NCBI GenBank assembly: GCA_963701985.1
Contig: OY969691.1
Coordinates: 888,135-952,134, forward strand
Length of the DNA: 64,000 nucleotides
Source of the DNA: an uncultured Coriobacteriia bacterium
GTDB taxonomy: Bacteria; Actinomycetota; Coriobacteriia; Anaerosomatales; PALSA-660
Direction of reading: 5' to 3'
In this document: in pieces, positions 19,564-28,675 of the stretch
Numbering within the stretch: position 1 is the stretch's first letter
Layout: the number at the start of each line of letters is the position of its first letter
Made by a program: the position numbers and the translations under genes
The notes under the pieces: model-generated
Database searches by the model: none
Seen by the model: the letters and a program-made list of their open reading frames with translations, nothing else
Told to the model about the DNA's origin: nothing

Positions 19564-20412
19564 TCACGCCTGCCGCGCCGGCTCGACCGCCCCGCGGGCC
19601 TTGCGCGCGGTCGCGACGTCGCCGTCGGTGACCGCGAAGAACAGCCACAGCGCGTTGTTCTTGAGGAAGCGGTAGAACTTGGACAGTAGGCCCGGGTTCA
19701 CGAAGTAGCGATCGTGCTCGATGCCCTTCACGATCGCCTCACCGATCGTCGAGGGCGCCACCGCTTTGATGTTGCCGGCCACCTTGTCGGTCTCCGCCGG
19801 CCGCAGCGACTTCTCGAACGCCAGCCCCGGCGTGTCGGTGTCCGGCGGGCAGATCACGCTCACCGCGACCCCGTATGGGTGCATCTCGCTGCGCAGAGCC
19901 TCGGAGAAGCCCATGATCGCGTACTTCGCCGACGAATAGGCGGTATAGCCGAAGACACCCATGTAGCCGGCGACGCTCGAGATGTTGACGATGTGACCGC
20001 GACGCCGCTCGATCATGGACGGCGCCACCGCGCGCGCTCCGTAGACGGCGCACCGCCACGAGTCCATGCATCTCTCGAAGCTGTCGATCGGCATGGACTC
20101 GAAGTAGCCGGGGATGATGACGCCGGCGCAGCTCACGAGGACGTCGACGGGGCGCGCGCCGTGCTCGGACGCTTCGTGGAGCGCCGCGTTCGCGCCTTCC
20201 GGTGTGGTCAGGTCGCCCGAGACCCAGCGGACCTTCTGATCCGTGTCGCGGCGGCGCGACGCGACCGATTCGCACGCGGTCTCCAGCCGGTCCTTCGCTC
20301 GCGCGACGAGGGTGACGTCGGCGCCGCGCGCGCTGAGCACCTCCGCCGTGGCCAGCCCGATGCCGCTCGACCCTCCGACGACGACGGCGTGCGTGCCCTT
20401 CCAAGCCTGCAT
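19564..20412 (-). CDS. Short-chain dehydrogenase/reductase (3-ketodihydrosphingosine-reductase-like)
   Basis: ORF trimmed to ATG 20412 (GAGGGGGAG upstream). VVGGSSGIG NAD(P)-binding motif, NISS..., and YSSAK catalytic YxxxK. Confidence 0.85.
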   Translation of the reverse strand: MQAWKGTHAVVVGGSSGIGLATAEVLSARGADVTLVARAKDRLETACESVASRRRDTDQKVRWVSGDLTTPEGANAALHEASEHGARPVDVLVSCAGVIIPGYFESMPIDSFERCMDSWRCAVYGARAVAPSMIERRRGHIVNISSVAGYMGVFGYTAYSSAKYAIMGFSEALRSEMHPYGVAVSVICPPDTDTPGLAFEKSLRPAETDKVAGNIKAVAPSTIGEAIVKGIEHDRYFVNPGLLSKFYRFLKNNALWLFFAVTDGDVATARKARGAVEPARQA

Positions 20413-20494
20413 GCGTACTCCCCCTCGGTCGTTGTGACGCGATCGACTCGACGCTCGGCCGCCCCACGCGGCCCGTCGCCCGCCCCCGCGCCGG

Positions 20495-21337
20495 CTACCC
20501 CGCGAACATGTGGAATCCGGGCACACCGCTCCTCGCGAGCACCGCGAGGATGATGACGAACGCGAGACCGGCGACCGCGATCCACGCGGTCGTGCGGCCC
20601 GAGGCGCTGCGGACGTACGCGAGATACAGATACACGCCGAAGATCGCCCACACGATGCCCGACACCATCACGCGCGGGTCGTACCACCAGCCGGGGATGG
20701 CCTCCTGCGCGGCGCGCAGGACCCCGAGCAGCAGCCCCGCGGTGTACGCGGGGAAGGCGAAGACGATCGTGCGGCGAGCCACCGCGTCGGTCTGAGCGAG
20801 CGACGGCAGCCGTTTGAACAGCGTCGACGTGCGATGCCGCTTCAGCTGCGCCTCGAGGCCGAGATAGGCTGCGGACGCGGCCGCGCCGACCGCGAAGGCG
20901 GCGTTCGCGAAGACGATGAGCGTGACGTGCACGATCACGCGCCAGTTCTCGATGAGCGCGAGCTCGGACGCGGAAGGCGTGATGCCGGCGCCGGCGGCGT
21001 TCATGATCTGGGCGATCGCGAGCAGGATGAGCGCGATGGGCACGAGTACCGTGCCGTACACCTTCAACCGCACGAGATGCTCGACGACGAAGTAGACGAG
21101 GACGAGCGCCCACGCGGCCAGGACGATCGAGTACGGCCCGTAGAGGCGGGAGCCCTCGGTGATGCTCGAGTGCAGCCCGATGGACGCCGTGAGCAGCAGG
21201 AACCCGGCGCCGGTGAGGAACGTCGCGTACCACGACAGCGACTCGCGCTTGGAGAGGAAGTAGTAGGCGTACAGCGTCGTCGCGCCGACGAAGAGCGCCA
21301 TCGACAACCACATCGCCAGACTCTCGAGCCTCAGCAT
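20495..21337 (-). CDS. Cytochrome c assembly protein of the CcsA/HemX family
   Basis: 280-aa, roughly 8-TM protein with the Trp-rich segment IPGWWYDPRVMVSGIVW. It is the last gene of the ccm operon. Confidence 0.7.
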   Translation of the reverse strand: MLRLESLAMWLSMALFVGATTLYAYYFLSKRESLSWYATFLTGAGFLLLTASIGLHSSITEGSRLYGPYSIVLAAWALVLVYFVVEHLVRLKVYGTVLVPIALILLAIAQIMNAAGAGITPSASELALIENWRVIVHVTLIVFANAAFAVGAAASAAYLGLEAQLKRHRTSTLFKRLPSLAQTDAVARRTIVFAFPAYTAGLLLGVLRAAQEAIPGWWYDPRVMVSGIVWAIFGVYLYLAYVRSASGRTTAWIAVAGLAFVIILAVLARSGVPGFHMFAG

Positions 21338-21373
21338 CTGTCCGTGCAGCTCCCTGCCATCGCGGCCGGCGGC

Positions 21374-21556
21374 CTACTGCGCGCGCTTCGCGAGCGCGTC
21401 CTCCACGAGCGCGATCTGCTGTTCGAGCTTGCCGAGGCGCCGCAGCGTCACGCCCACGTACAGCATGAGGCCGGCCCACAGCGCCGCATACACGCCGATG
21501 ACGTACGGCAGCGCGGGCACGACCTGCGCGAAGATCTCCTTGGTGACCGGATCCAT
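21374..21556 (-). CDS. ccmD: CcmD-like small membrane protein
   Basis: 60-aa ORF directly after ccmC. It has one TM helix (LPYVIGVYAALWAGLMLYVGV) followed by RRLGKLEQQ. Size, position and pattern fit CcmD-family proteins. Confidence 0.55.
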   Translation of the reverse strand: MDPVTKEIFAQVVPALPYVIGVYAALWAGLMLYVGVTLRRLGKLEQQIALVEDALAKRAQ

Positions 21557-21572
21557 CGTCCCTCAGTCCTTC

Positions 21573-22322
21573 CTATTCTTCGAGCGCCGTCTTGAGCGCC
21601 TCGAGACGCTCCTTGACGCGCTCCTCGCGGTAGCGCAGCTGGTAGATCACGTAGCCGAACGCCATCATCCCGAACATCGCGATGAGGAACGCCGCCAACT
21701 GGGATCCGTCCAATCCGCCCGGGACGCCGATGACGACCGGATGCGCCTCGGCGCTCGCGGGCACGAGCCGCGTGATCGCGAACGAGATCGGCGCGTCGAT
21801 GAACGCGATGATGCCGAACACTGCCGCGTACACGGCCCGCCGCTCCTCGTCCTCGACGCTTGCCGCAGCACGAAGTAGCCGATCACGAGCAGCGTCATGA
21901 TGAAGTAGGTCGTCAGCCGTGGCTCCCAGACCCACCACACGCCCCAGACGCCCCGCGTCCACAGGTCGCCGGTGATCATCGTGAGGAGACGAAGATGAGC
22001 GTGACCTCGGTGGCGATGCGCGCCTTGGTGTCGTACTCGCGCTTGCGCGTCACCAGGAACCGCACGCCGAAGAACGCCGCGAAGAAGAAGACCAGGAAGC
22101 GGCGCCTCGGCGACCGGCACGTGGAAGTAGAAGATCTTCTGGCCGAAACGACGGGCGTTGGTGATGCTGCCGGCCGCCGATGACCGCGCCGCTGCCCGAT
22201 TCAGCGTCCTCTGCATGAGCGCCGCGGTCGGCCACCAGGAACGCGAGCAGGAAGCCCGCGAGCGTCGACCAGCCCGGCGAAGCCGCGCACGAGAGTAGGA
22301 CGAGCGTCTTTAGCTGGTTCAC
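21573..22322 (-). pseudogene. ccmC: Heme exporter protein CcmC, frameshifted as sequenced
   Basis: GTG 22322 gives VNQLKTLVLLSCAASPGWSTLAGFLLAF. FGQKIFYFHVPVA and the WWD motif WGVWWVWEPRLTTYFIM are in ORF 21665..22216. The C-terminus AVYAAVFGIIAFIDAPISF...YQLRYREER is in ORF 21573..21962. Confidence 0.8.
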
Positions 22323-22357
22323 GTCCCTACCGTCCTTCCTTGCGCGCCCGGGCGGGC

Positions 22358-23086
22358 CTATGCGCCGATGACGAACTCGTAGAGGCCGAACGCCGCCAGC
22401 AGCATTATGACATCGTACGCCGCCAGCCGAGGCGCCATCGTCGCGCCAGAACACGTGCACGAAGCCCGGGTTGCCGAGATGACCGCGGCGGCGGTGGCGC
22501 CCACGGCCGCGAGGAGCAGCGGGTACATGAGCGGCACGAACAGCACCGCCAGGATGAAGTCCTTGCCCCGGGTGTTCACCGACATCGTCGCGAGCAGCGT
22601 GCCGACTCCCGCGATCCCGACCGCGCCGGCGAGGAGCGAGAGCGGGATCATCCACCAATGCTCCGCCGATGGGGCGCGCCGACAGGAACATGAGGAAGAA
22701 CAGCGGCACGGTGAGCACCTCGCACGATCAGCAGGAAGATGAGGTTGCCCGACCGCCTTGGCGAAGAAGATGACCGGCCGGTCGACGGGCGCCAGCAGCA
22801 GCGCGTCGAGGCAGCCCTTGGTCCTTCTCGTGCACGAGCGAGCGGTTCAGCCCGAGCATCGAGGTGAAGACGAACGCGAGCCACAGCAGCCCGGCCGCCA
22901 CGAGCCGCACGTCGAACCCGTTCCACCGACTGCGAGAGCGCGACGGAGTAGATCGACGAGCGTGAGCAGCGTGTAGAGGCCCATCGAGGTCAGCATCTCG
23001 AACGTGCGCAGCTCCATGACGATGTCCTTGCGCAGGATCGCGAGGAACTGCCTCATCGAGAGGCCGCGGGCCGGCTTGGCCGCCAT
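22358..23086 (-). pseudogene. ccmB: Heme exporter permease CcmB, multiply frameshifted as sequenced
   Basis: ATG 23086 gives [32 protein letters not shown]. The middle part FDVRLVAAGLLWLAFVFTSMLGLNRSLVHEKDQG is in ORF 22728..23174. LTVPLFFLMFLS is in ORF 22050..22718. The C-terminus MIPLSLLAGAVGIAGVGTLLATMSVNTRGKDFILAVLFVPLMYPLL...YDVIMLLAAFGLYEFV is in ORF 22358..22651. Confidence 0.75.
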
Positions 23087-23089
23087 CGC

Positions 23090-23883
23090 CTACGACACCC
23101 CCATGCCCGACGATGGAGCGGTACCCGGCCGCGAAGGTCGTCGGGGTCGATCGACTCCTTCTCCTCGAACGCACGACCTTGCCCTTGGCGAGGATGAGCG
23201 CGTGGCTGCACAGCTCGAGACCCTTCTGCGAGGTCGTGGCTGATCATCACGAAGGTGTGCTCGTGCCGGATCTGGGCGATGAGCGAGTCGAGGATGTCCA
23301 TGGCGTGCGGGTCGAGCCCGGAGTACGGCTCGTCGAGGAAGAGCACGTCGGGATGGTGCAGCAGGGCGCGCGCGATCGAGAGCCGCTGGAGCATGCCGCG
23401 CGAGAACGTGCGCGTGAGGTCGAACCGCCGGTGCGACGAGCTCGACCGACTCGAGCAGCTCCTTCACGCGCGCCGGCGGGTCCTCGACGCCGTACATCTC
23501 GGCGAAGAACGAGCAGGTTCTCCTCCGCGGACAGGTCCGGGTAGAGCAGCGGGTTGTGGCTGATCAGCCCGATGCGGCCGCGCAGCTCCACGGCGTCGGC
23601 GACCACGTCGAGACCGAGGACCTTGGCCGTGCCGCTCGAGGGGGCCTGCAGCGTCGTCAGCGTGCGCAACAGCGTCGTCTTGCCGGCGCCGTTCGGCCCG
23701 AAGATCGACAGGAACGCGCCCGCGCGGCAGCTCGAAGGCGACGCCGTCCAGCGCCTTGCGGGCGCCGAACGTCCGCGTCAGGCCGTCGACGGCGAGGGCG
23801 CTGACCGCCGTGTCGGCGCCGCCGCCCGTGCTACGCCGCCTTCCGGCCGGCGCGCGCCGGCGCCGCGGCCGGCTGGGGCTCAC
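23090..23883 (-). pseudogene. ccmA: Heme exporter ATPase CcmA, frameshifted as sequenced
   Basis: LAVDGLTRTFGARKALDGVAFELPRG is in ORF 23464..23883. The Walker A reads only out of frame (FGPNGAGKTTLL by my shifted translation). LQAPSSGTAKVLGLDV..IGLISHNPLLYPDLSAEENL is in ORF 23247..23669. [28 protein letters not shown] is in ORF 23053..23394. Both boundaries are approximate. Confidence 0.8.
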
Positions 23884-25940
23884 GCTTCGGCCATACGGCC
23901 AGCACGGTGCCGAGGATCAGGACGACGAAGCCGGCCCACGTCCACGACACGAGCGGGTTGATCTTCACGTCGAAGCCCAGCGCGCCCGTGTTGTCGCTCC
24001 CCTCGAACGCGACGAACACGTCCTGCAGGAACTCGTGGCGCACGTCGGCGTTCAGCCGGGTCTGGCCCTGCGTCGCGTACTGGACGGCGCCCGGGCTCAG
24101 CGTGCCCAGCGACGTGCTCCCCTGCGACAGCGCCAGCCGCACGGTCGTGTTCTCGTCGCCGTTCGCGAGCTTGGTCGTCGTGGAGCCCTCGAACGTGAAC
24201 GTGTAGCCCTGCGACGAGAAGGTCGTGCCCTGCGTCGGAGGGATGGTGATCGGCGCGTCATGCACGTACATCGCCGATCCGATCAGGCCGATGAGGACGA
24301 TGCCCATGCCGAGGTGCACGATGTAGCCGCCCGACTGGGAGCGCGCCTTGACGAGGATGTTGCCGAGAGCGGCGCCGAACGACTCGCCCCGAGCCGCGGC
24401 TCGCTTGCGCGCTCCGTCGATGAACAGGTAGATCGGCACCGCGATGGCGATGGCGGCGACGGCGAGCCCGATGATGGCCTCGATGTGGTCGAGCGGCGTC
24501 TGGATGCCGGCGAGCGCGGGGAGCGCCTTCGGGTCGACCTGGTAGTTCGGCAGGAGCACCTCGTACCAGATGGCCACGAGGCCCGCGAACAGGACAGCGG
24601 CGCCGGCGAGCGGCCACTCGGACGCGACGCCAGAACGTCTCACCCTCGGTCTTGCGCCACGACAGGATCGGGCAGATCGCCATGATCGCGATGTAGAAGA
24701 TGCCGAGCGGTCTCGCGAGCAGAGCGTAGGTGGAACCGGAGAAGGTCTTGCCCAGCACCGGCGCCAGCGTGAGCCCCGCCACGACGATCGCGGAGAACAG
24801 CATGATCACGTTGTTGAAGTAGTACGAGGCCTCTTTCGACGTGAGCGAGGTGAAGTCGTCGTTGCCGCGGAACGCGTCGCGGCGCAGGGCCAGCGCGACA
24901 AGCGCCACCACGAGACACACGATCATCATCGAGAGGAACCACCACAGCGACACCGGGTCCTGCTCGAACGCATGGACCGACTGGATGACCCCGCTGCGCG
25001 TGATGAACGTGCCGAGGAGCACGAGCACGAAGGTCACCGCCGCCAGCACGGCCGACCAGCGCTTGAAGCCCTCTCGCCGGCGATAGACCGTGAAGCTGTG
25101 GATGAGCGCCAGCCCCGTCAGCCACGGGAGCAGCGAGGCGTTCTCGACCGGGTCCCACGCCCAGTAGCCGCCCCAGCCGAGCACGACGTAGGCCCAGATC
25201 GCGCCGAGCCCGATGCCGATGCCGAGGAAGAGCCACGAGAACACGGTGACCCGGTCCACGATGTCGATCCAGGCACTTGCGACGCGTCGCCCAGGAACAG
25301 CGCGGCCAGCGCGAAGGCGAACGGGATGGTCAGACCCGCATAGCCGATGAACAGCGATCGGCGGATGCAGGATCATCGCCCAGTGCTGGAGCAGCGGGTT
25401 CATCGCCATCTGGTTGATGTTGCCGAGCACCGCGCCCGCCGCGTTCGCGACGGTGCCGTCGGCGGCGACGGTGGCCGCATGGAACGGGTTGTTCGTCGGG
25501 ATGAACAGCGCGACCAGGAAGAACAACTGGACGAAGTTGGTGACGGCGAGCCCGACGTTCGAGAGCGGGTCGGTCACGCCCATGCGCTTGTAGCTCATGA
25601 ACGCGGCGTAGCCCGAGAGCAGCCAGGCCCAGAACAGCAGCGAGCCCTCGCGGCCGGCCCACAGCCCCGAGAGGTTGTAGAGCCACGACAGGCTGGAGAC
25701 GTCGGTCGAGTGGTTCTGCACGACGTACAGGAACGTGAAGTTCTTCGTGAGGAACGCCCACACGACCAGCACCACGGCGGCGGTCGTCGCGCCGAAGATG
25801 ACGAAGGTCGCGATGTAGCCCGCGTTGGTGAGGCTCTCGCCCTTCTTGGGGCCGAGCAGATGCCCCCAAACGAGCACCCCGATGGAGCCGAGCGCCGCGA
25901 TCGCCGCGATCGCGAGCAGGACCTGGCCGAGTGTCGTCAT
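23831..25940 (-). pseudogene. ccmF: Cytochrome c heme lyase/heme handling protein CcmF, frameshifted as sequenced
   Basis: ATG 25940 gives MTTLGQVLLAIAAIAAL. Motifs WAGREGSLLFWAW and WGGYWAWDPVENASLLPWL. There is a compensating frameshift pair near 25300-25355 and a net frameshift near 24640. The C-terminal third is in ORF 23831..24643. Confidence 0.85.
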
Positions 25941-26039
25941 GGCCGAGAGCACCCTTCTGTCACGGACGGGACCGGCTGGTAAAGCATACCTTGCCGGTCC
26001 CTCGGGCTGCGGATCATCGAGCCGAAAGCGGGCGGACGC

Positions 26040-26699
26040 CTACTTCGACAGCGACACGTCGGTGGCGTCGAACACGCCGTCGTGGATCTTGCCGAACACC
26101 ACGAGCTGGACGCCGTCCCTGGTGCCATCGGGCATCGCTCCCTGGAAGGCCACCCCGATGTGGTCGCCGCCGCTCGCGGCGGAGGCCAGCACGAAACGGA
26201 TCGCGGCAGCGGCGTTCTTGAGCGAGCCCGCCTGGAGATAGCCCGACACCCTGATCGGGACGTCCGTCTTCTCGGTGAGCGCCTTCGTGACGGTGTCCGC
26301 CCCGGTCTTCTCCGCGTACGTGGAAGGACACTTCACGACCATCTCGTTCGCGTTGACGATGTCACCCTTCTCGACCGTGCCCGTGAGCAGTGCCTCGGAA
26401 CCGTTGCCGAACGTGCTCGGCGCGGCGCCGTCGTAGACGATCTTCAGTTGCGGCCCGGACGTGGAGCCCACGTCCCGAACGCTGAACGTCATGGGGTTCG
26501 TCTTCTTGTCCCACGAATCGTCGACGACGCTCCCGGTGAGCTGAACGCGCTTGCCGACCCACGACGCGTTGCCGACGATCGACTTCACGGTGCTGCTGGC
26601 CGCGCCGCCGCCGGCCCCGACGGTGAGCAGGAGCGTGATCGCGACGGCCAGGATGATGACCGTCACGCCGATGAGGCGGTTGCGAGCGCGTTTGTTCAT
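26040..26699 (-). CDS. ccmE: Heme chaperone CcmE, CxxxY variant with an extra C-terminal OB-like domain
   Basis: ATG 26699 preceded by GAGGAGG. N-terminal TM anchor RLIGVTVIILAVAITLLL. OB-fold pattern KRVQLTGSVV...TFSVRD...LKIVYDGAAPSTFGNGSEALLTGTV...VVKCPSTY. CPSTY sits where canonical CcmE has HxxxY. Total length is 219 aa. Confidence 0.8.
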   Translation of the reverse strand: MNKRARNRLIGVTVIILAVAITLLLTVGAGGGAASSTVKSIVGNASWVGKRVQLTGSVVDDSWDKKTNPMTFSVRDVGSTSGPQLKIVYDGAAPSTFGNGSEALLTGTVEKGDIVNANEMVVKCPSTYAEKTGADTVTKALTEKTDVPIRVSGYLQAGSLKNAAAAIRFVLASAASGGDHIGVAFQGAMPDGTRDGVQLVVFGKIHDGVFDATDVSLSK

Positions 26700-26836
26700 G
26701 TGTGTGGAGATCCTCCTCGAGGGCCGCGCGCGCCGCGTCACGCGACGAGCACGCGCTGGAGCGGGGGCCGCGCCGCGCCCGGGTTCTCGCCGGCGCGCGT
26801 CGTCCGCGCGCCCGATCGCCTGCCTGAACGGTGGTG

Positions 26837-26865
26837 AGTGTAGCACCGGCGAACCTGACCGCCAA
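26837..26865 (-). promoter_or_regulatory. Candidate sigma-70-type promoter for the ccm operon (TTGGCG-N17-TACACT)
   Basis: Minus strand has TTGGCG (26865..26860), a 17-nt spacer, then TACACT (26842..26837), about 140 nt upstream of the ccmE ATG. This is a motif match only. Confidence 0.25.
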
Positions 26866-27104
26866 CGCGCGGACCGGTCGTCCGAAGGACGTGTGAGCAA
26901 GCCGGATGCCGCGTTGCCATGCCCGCGTCCGAACGGCGCCGGACGCGCCGATCGAGGGTCGGCCGCGACAGCTGTGCGGGAACCGAGTGCGATCGTACCT
27001 ACTTTTCGCACGCGCAGCAGGTCACAGCGCGCGTTCGGGTGCTTTTCTTGGGGGACGTTCCTGCCCGGCGAGCCGCTCCGCGACGCCTCACTCGGCGCCA
27101 CGCT

Positions 27105-28019
27105 TCACGGATGCTGCAGCCAGATGACGTCCGGCGTGAAACCGGTCTCGCGCAGCAGCTCCAGATACCGCTGAGGCTTCAGCGCCGAGCCCGCGCCTTC
27201 CAAGGCCACGAGGGTCGCCTCGATGACGTTCGTGCCGAACGTGCGCCCCTCCAGCCGCGGCGTGGAGGTGATGAGCAGCTCGGCGCCGGTCCCGCGCAGG
27301 AACTCGACGTCCTCGACGGTCGTCGTGTTCGTCACGATCCACTTGCCGGTCATGTCGCGCGGCATGTACTTGCGCACGTACTTGTAGTCGCCGGAGATGA
27401 TGTCGGCGTCACGGTAGAGCTGCGCGTGCTTCGACTCCGACTCGACCTTGGAGGTGTGGTCGGCCTCCGACGGGTACAGCATCTTGAACGGCAACTGCGA
27501 CGCGGCGGGCGCCATGATCCGGCACAACCTGACCAGCGCCGAGCGCTTGTGGATCATCAGCGGCACGTCCAGAGCGTAGAGCAGGTCGCCGTAGGTCATC
27601 TCGCAACCCGCGTCGGCGAACGCCATCGCCATGCCCCACCGGTCGACCGCGCTCGTGACGAGCACGCGCTTGCCGGTCACCGCCAGCCCGAGGTCCTCCT
27701 GCATGAAGCGGACGACGTCGCCCTCGACGGCGCCTTTCAGTCCGCTGCCGTCGAGAAGGGGCGTCTTCGAGACCGCGTCGCGGAACTGCTTGGCGTCGCG
27801 GAACCAGTAGGTGCGCTCCGCCGCGTTGAGGAACAGGTCGATGCCTCCCATGCCGAACGCGTCGACCTTCCCGTCGTAGGCGTGCAACCTGCGCGCGGCG
27901 TCCTTCATGTCGCCATCGGTGCCTTCGCGCCAGACGTGGACCTTCTGGCCGAGGACGTCGAGGTCGACGGAATGGTCGCGCTTCGACGAGCCGATCGAGA
28001 TCGACACGACCTGCTTCAT
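27105..28019 (-). CDS. Conserved uncharacterised protein (family often annotated 'quinate 5-dehydrogenase'-like)
   Basis: Intact 304-aa ORF starting MKQVVSISIGSSKRDHSVDLDVLG. From memory, this N-terminal SIGSSKRDH pattern occurs in a family with a doubtful 'quinate 5-dehydrogenase' label. ATGA overlap with the upstream gene. Confidence 0.55.
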   Translation of the reverse strand: MKQVVSISIGSSKRDHSVDLDVLGQKVHVWREGTDGDMKDAARRLHAYDGKVDAFGMGGIDLFLNAAERTYWFRDAKQFRDAVSKTPLLDGSGLKGAVEGDVVRFMQEDLGLAVTGKRVLVTSAVDRWGMAMAFADAGCEMTYGDLLYALDVPLMIHKRSALVRLCRIMAPAASQLPFKMLYPSEADHTSKVESESKHAQLYRDADIISGDYKYVRKYMPRDMTGKWIVTNTTTVEDVEFLRGTGAELLITSTPRLEGRTFGTNVIEATLVALEGAGSALKPQRYLELLRETGFTPDVIWLQHP

Positions 28020-28567
28020 GAGGGCTGGCGCTCCTTCGGCCGTGGCGGCGCGGTGACCGCGTCGAGCAGGTCGGTGAGCTCGTCGATGTCGACGTGCACG
28101 TCGTGGCGGAGCGGGGATGTCCCGAGCTCCCGCGTGATGACCTCGCTGCCGAGTATCTTCTCGACGGCCCCGGTGCGCTTGGTCGACGCCATGAGGATCA
28201 CCACGTCGAAGTCCTTGAGCTGCGCGAGCGTGTCGAGCACAAGGTTGAACATCCGGTCGGCCCGGCCGGCCTCCATGCCCTCGCGCTCGGCCTGCGAGAC
28301 GATGAGCGCGAGCTCAACCCCGTACTCGCCGCAGACCCGCTTCACCTCGTCGACGTTCTCGACGGGGAACGCGATCACGGCGATCCGCTTGCCGCGGCGT
28401 ATCTCCCCCAGCGTCTCGAGCCATGAGACGAACGAGCGGTCGACGCCATGAGCGGCGGCGGCGCCGAGCTGGGTCGCGCCGCCCTCCCTGTCGACGAGGA
28501 TGGCGTCGATCATGTCGTTGAGCTTGTCACGGCCGACGACCTTGTCGCCGATGCGGTAGAAGCGCAC
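28016..28567 (-). CDS. Hypothetical protein with probable N-terminal HTH segment
   Basis: Intact 183-aa ORF. GATQLGAAAAHGVDRSFVSWLETLG resembles a helix-turn-helix. The C-terminal domain is unassigned. Translationally coupled to 27105..28019. Confidence 0.5.
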   Translation of the reverse strand: MRFYRIGDKVVGRDKLNDMIDAILVDREGGATQLGAAAAHGVDRSFVSWLETLGEIRRGKRIAVIAFPVENVDEVKRVCGEYGVELALIVSQAEREGMEAGRADRMFNLVLDTLAQLKDFDVVILMASTKRTGAVEKILGSEVITRELGTSPLRHDVHVDIDELTDLLDAVTAPPRPKERQPS

Positions 28568-28675
28568 CGCGCCCTCCTCGGGATGGCGCCTGCGCGAGGT
28601 CGCGCACGCTGCGGCGAGTATACGACAGGGGCGAACGGACGCGGCGCGGCGCGGAAGCCCGGCCGATCCGCCGCT

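Noticed and set aside
26866-27104. Possible ncRNA or riboswitch in the 400-nt spacer upstream of ccmE. It contains several GC hairpins, including a UUCG-loop hairpin on the minus strand (ACGTCC-TTCG-GGACG region, about 26876-26895) and a stem followed by TTTTCTT on the plus strand (about 27005-27050).
   Set aside because: No match to any RNA family I can recognise (SRP, 6S, RNase P, tmRNA or common riboswitch cores). Hairpins are frequent by chance at this GC content. The orientation of the T-run does not fit either flanking gene.
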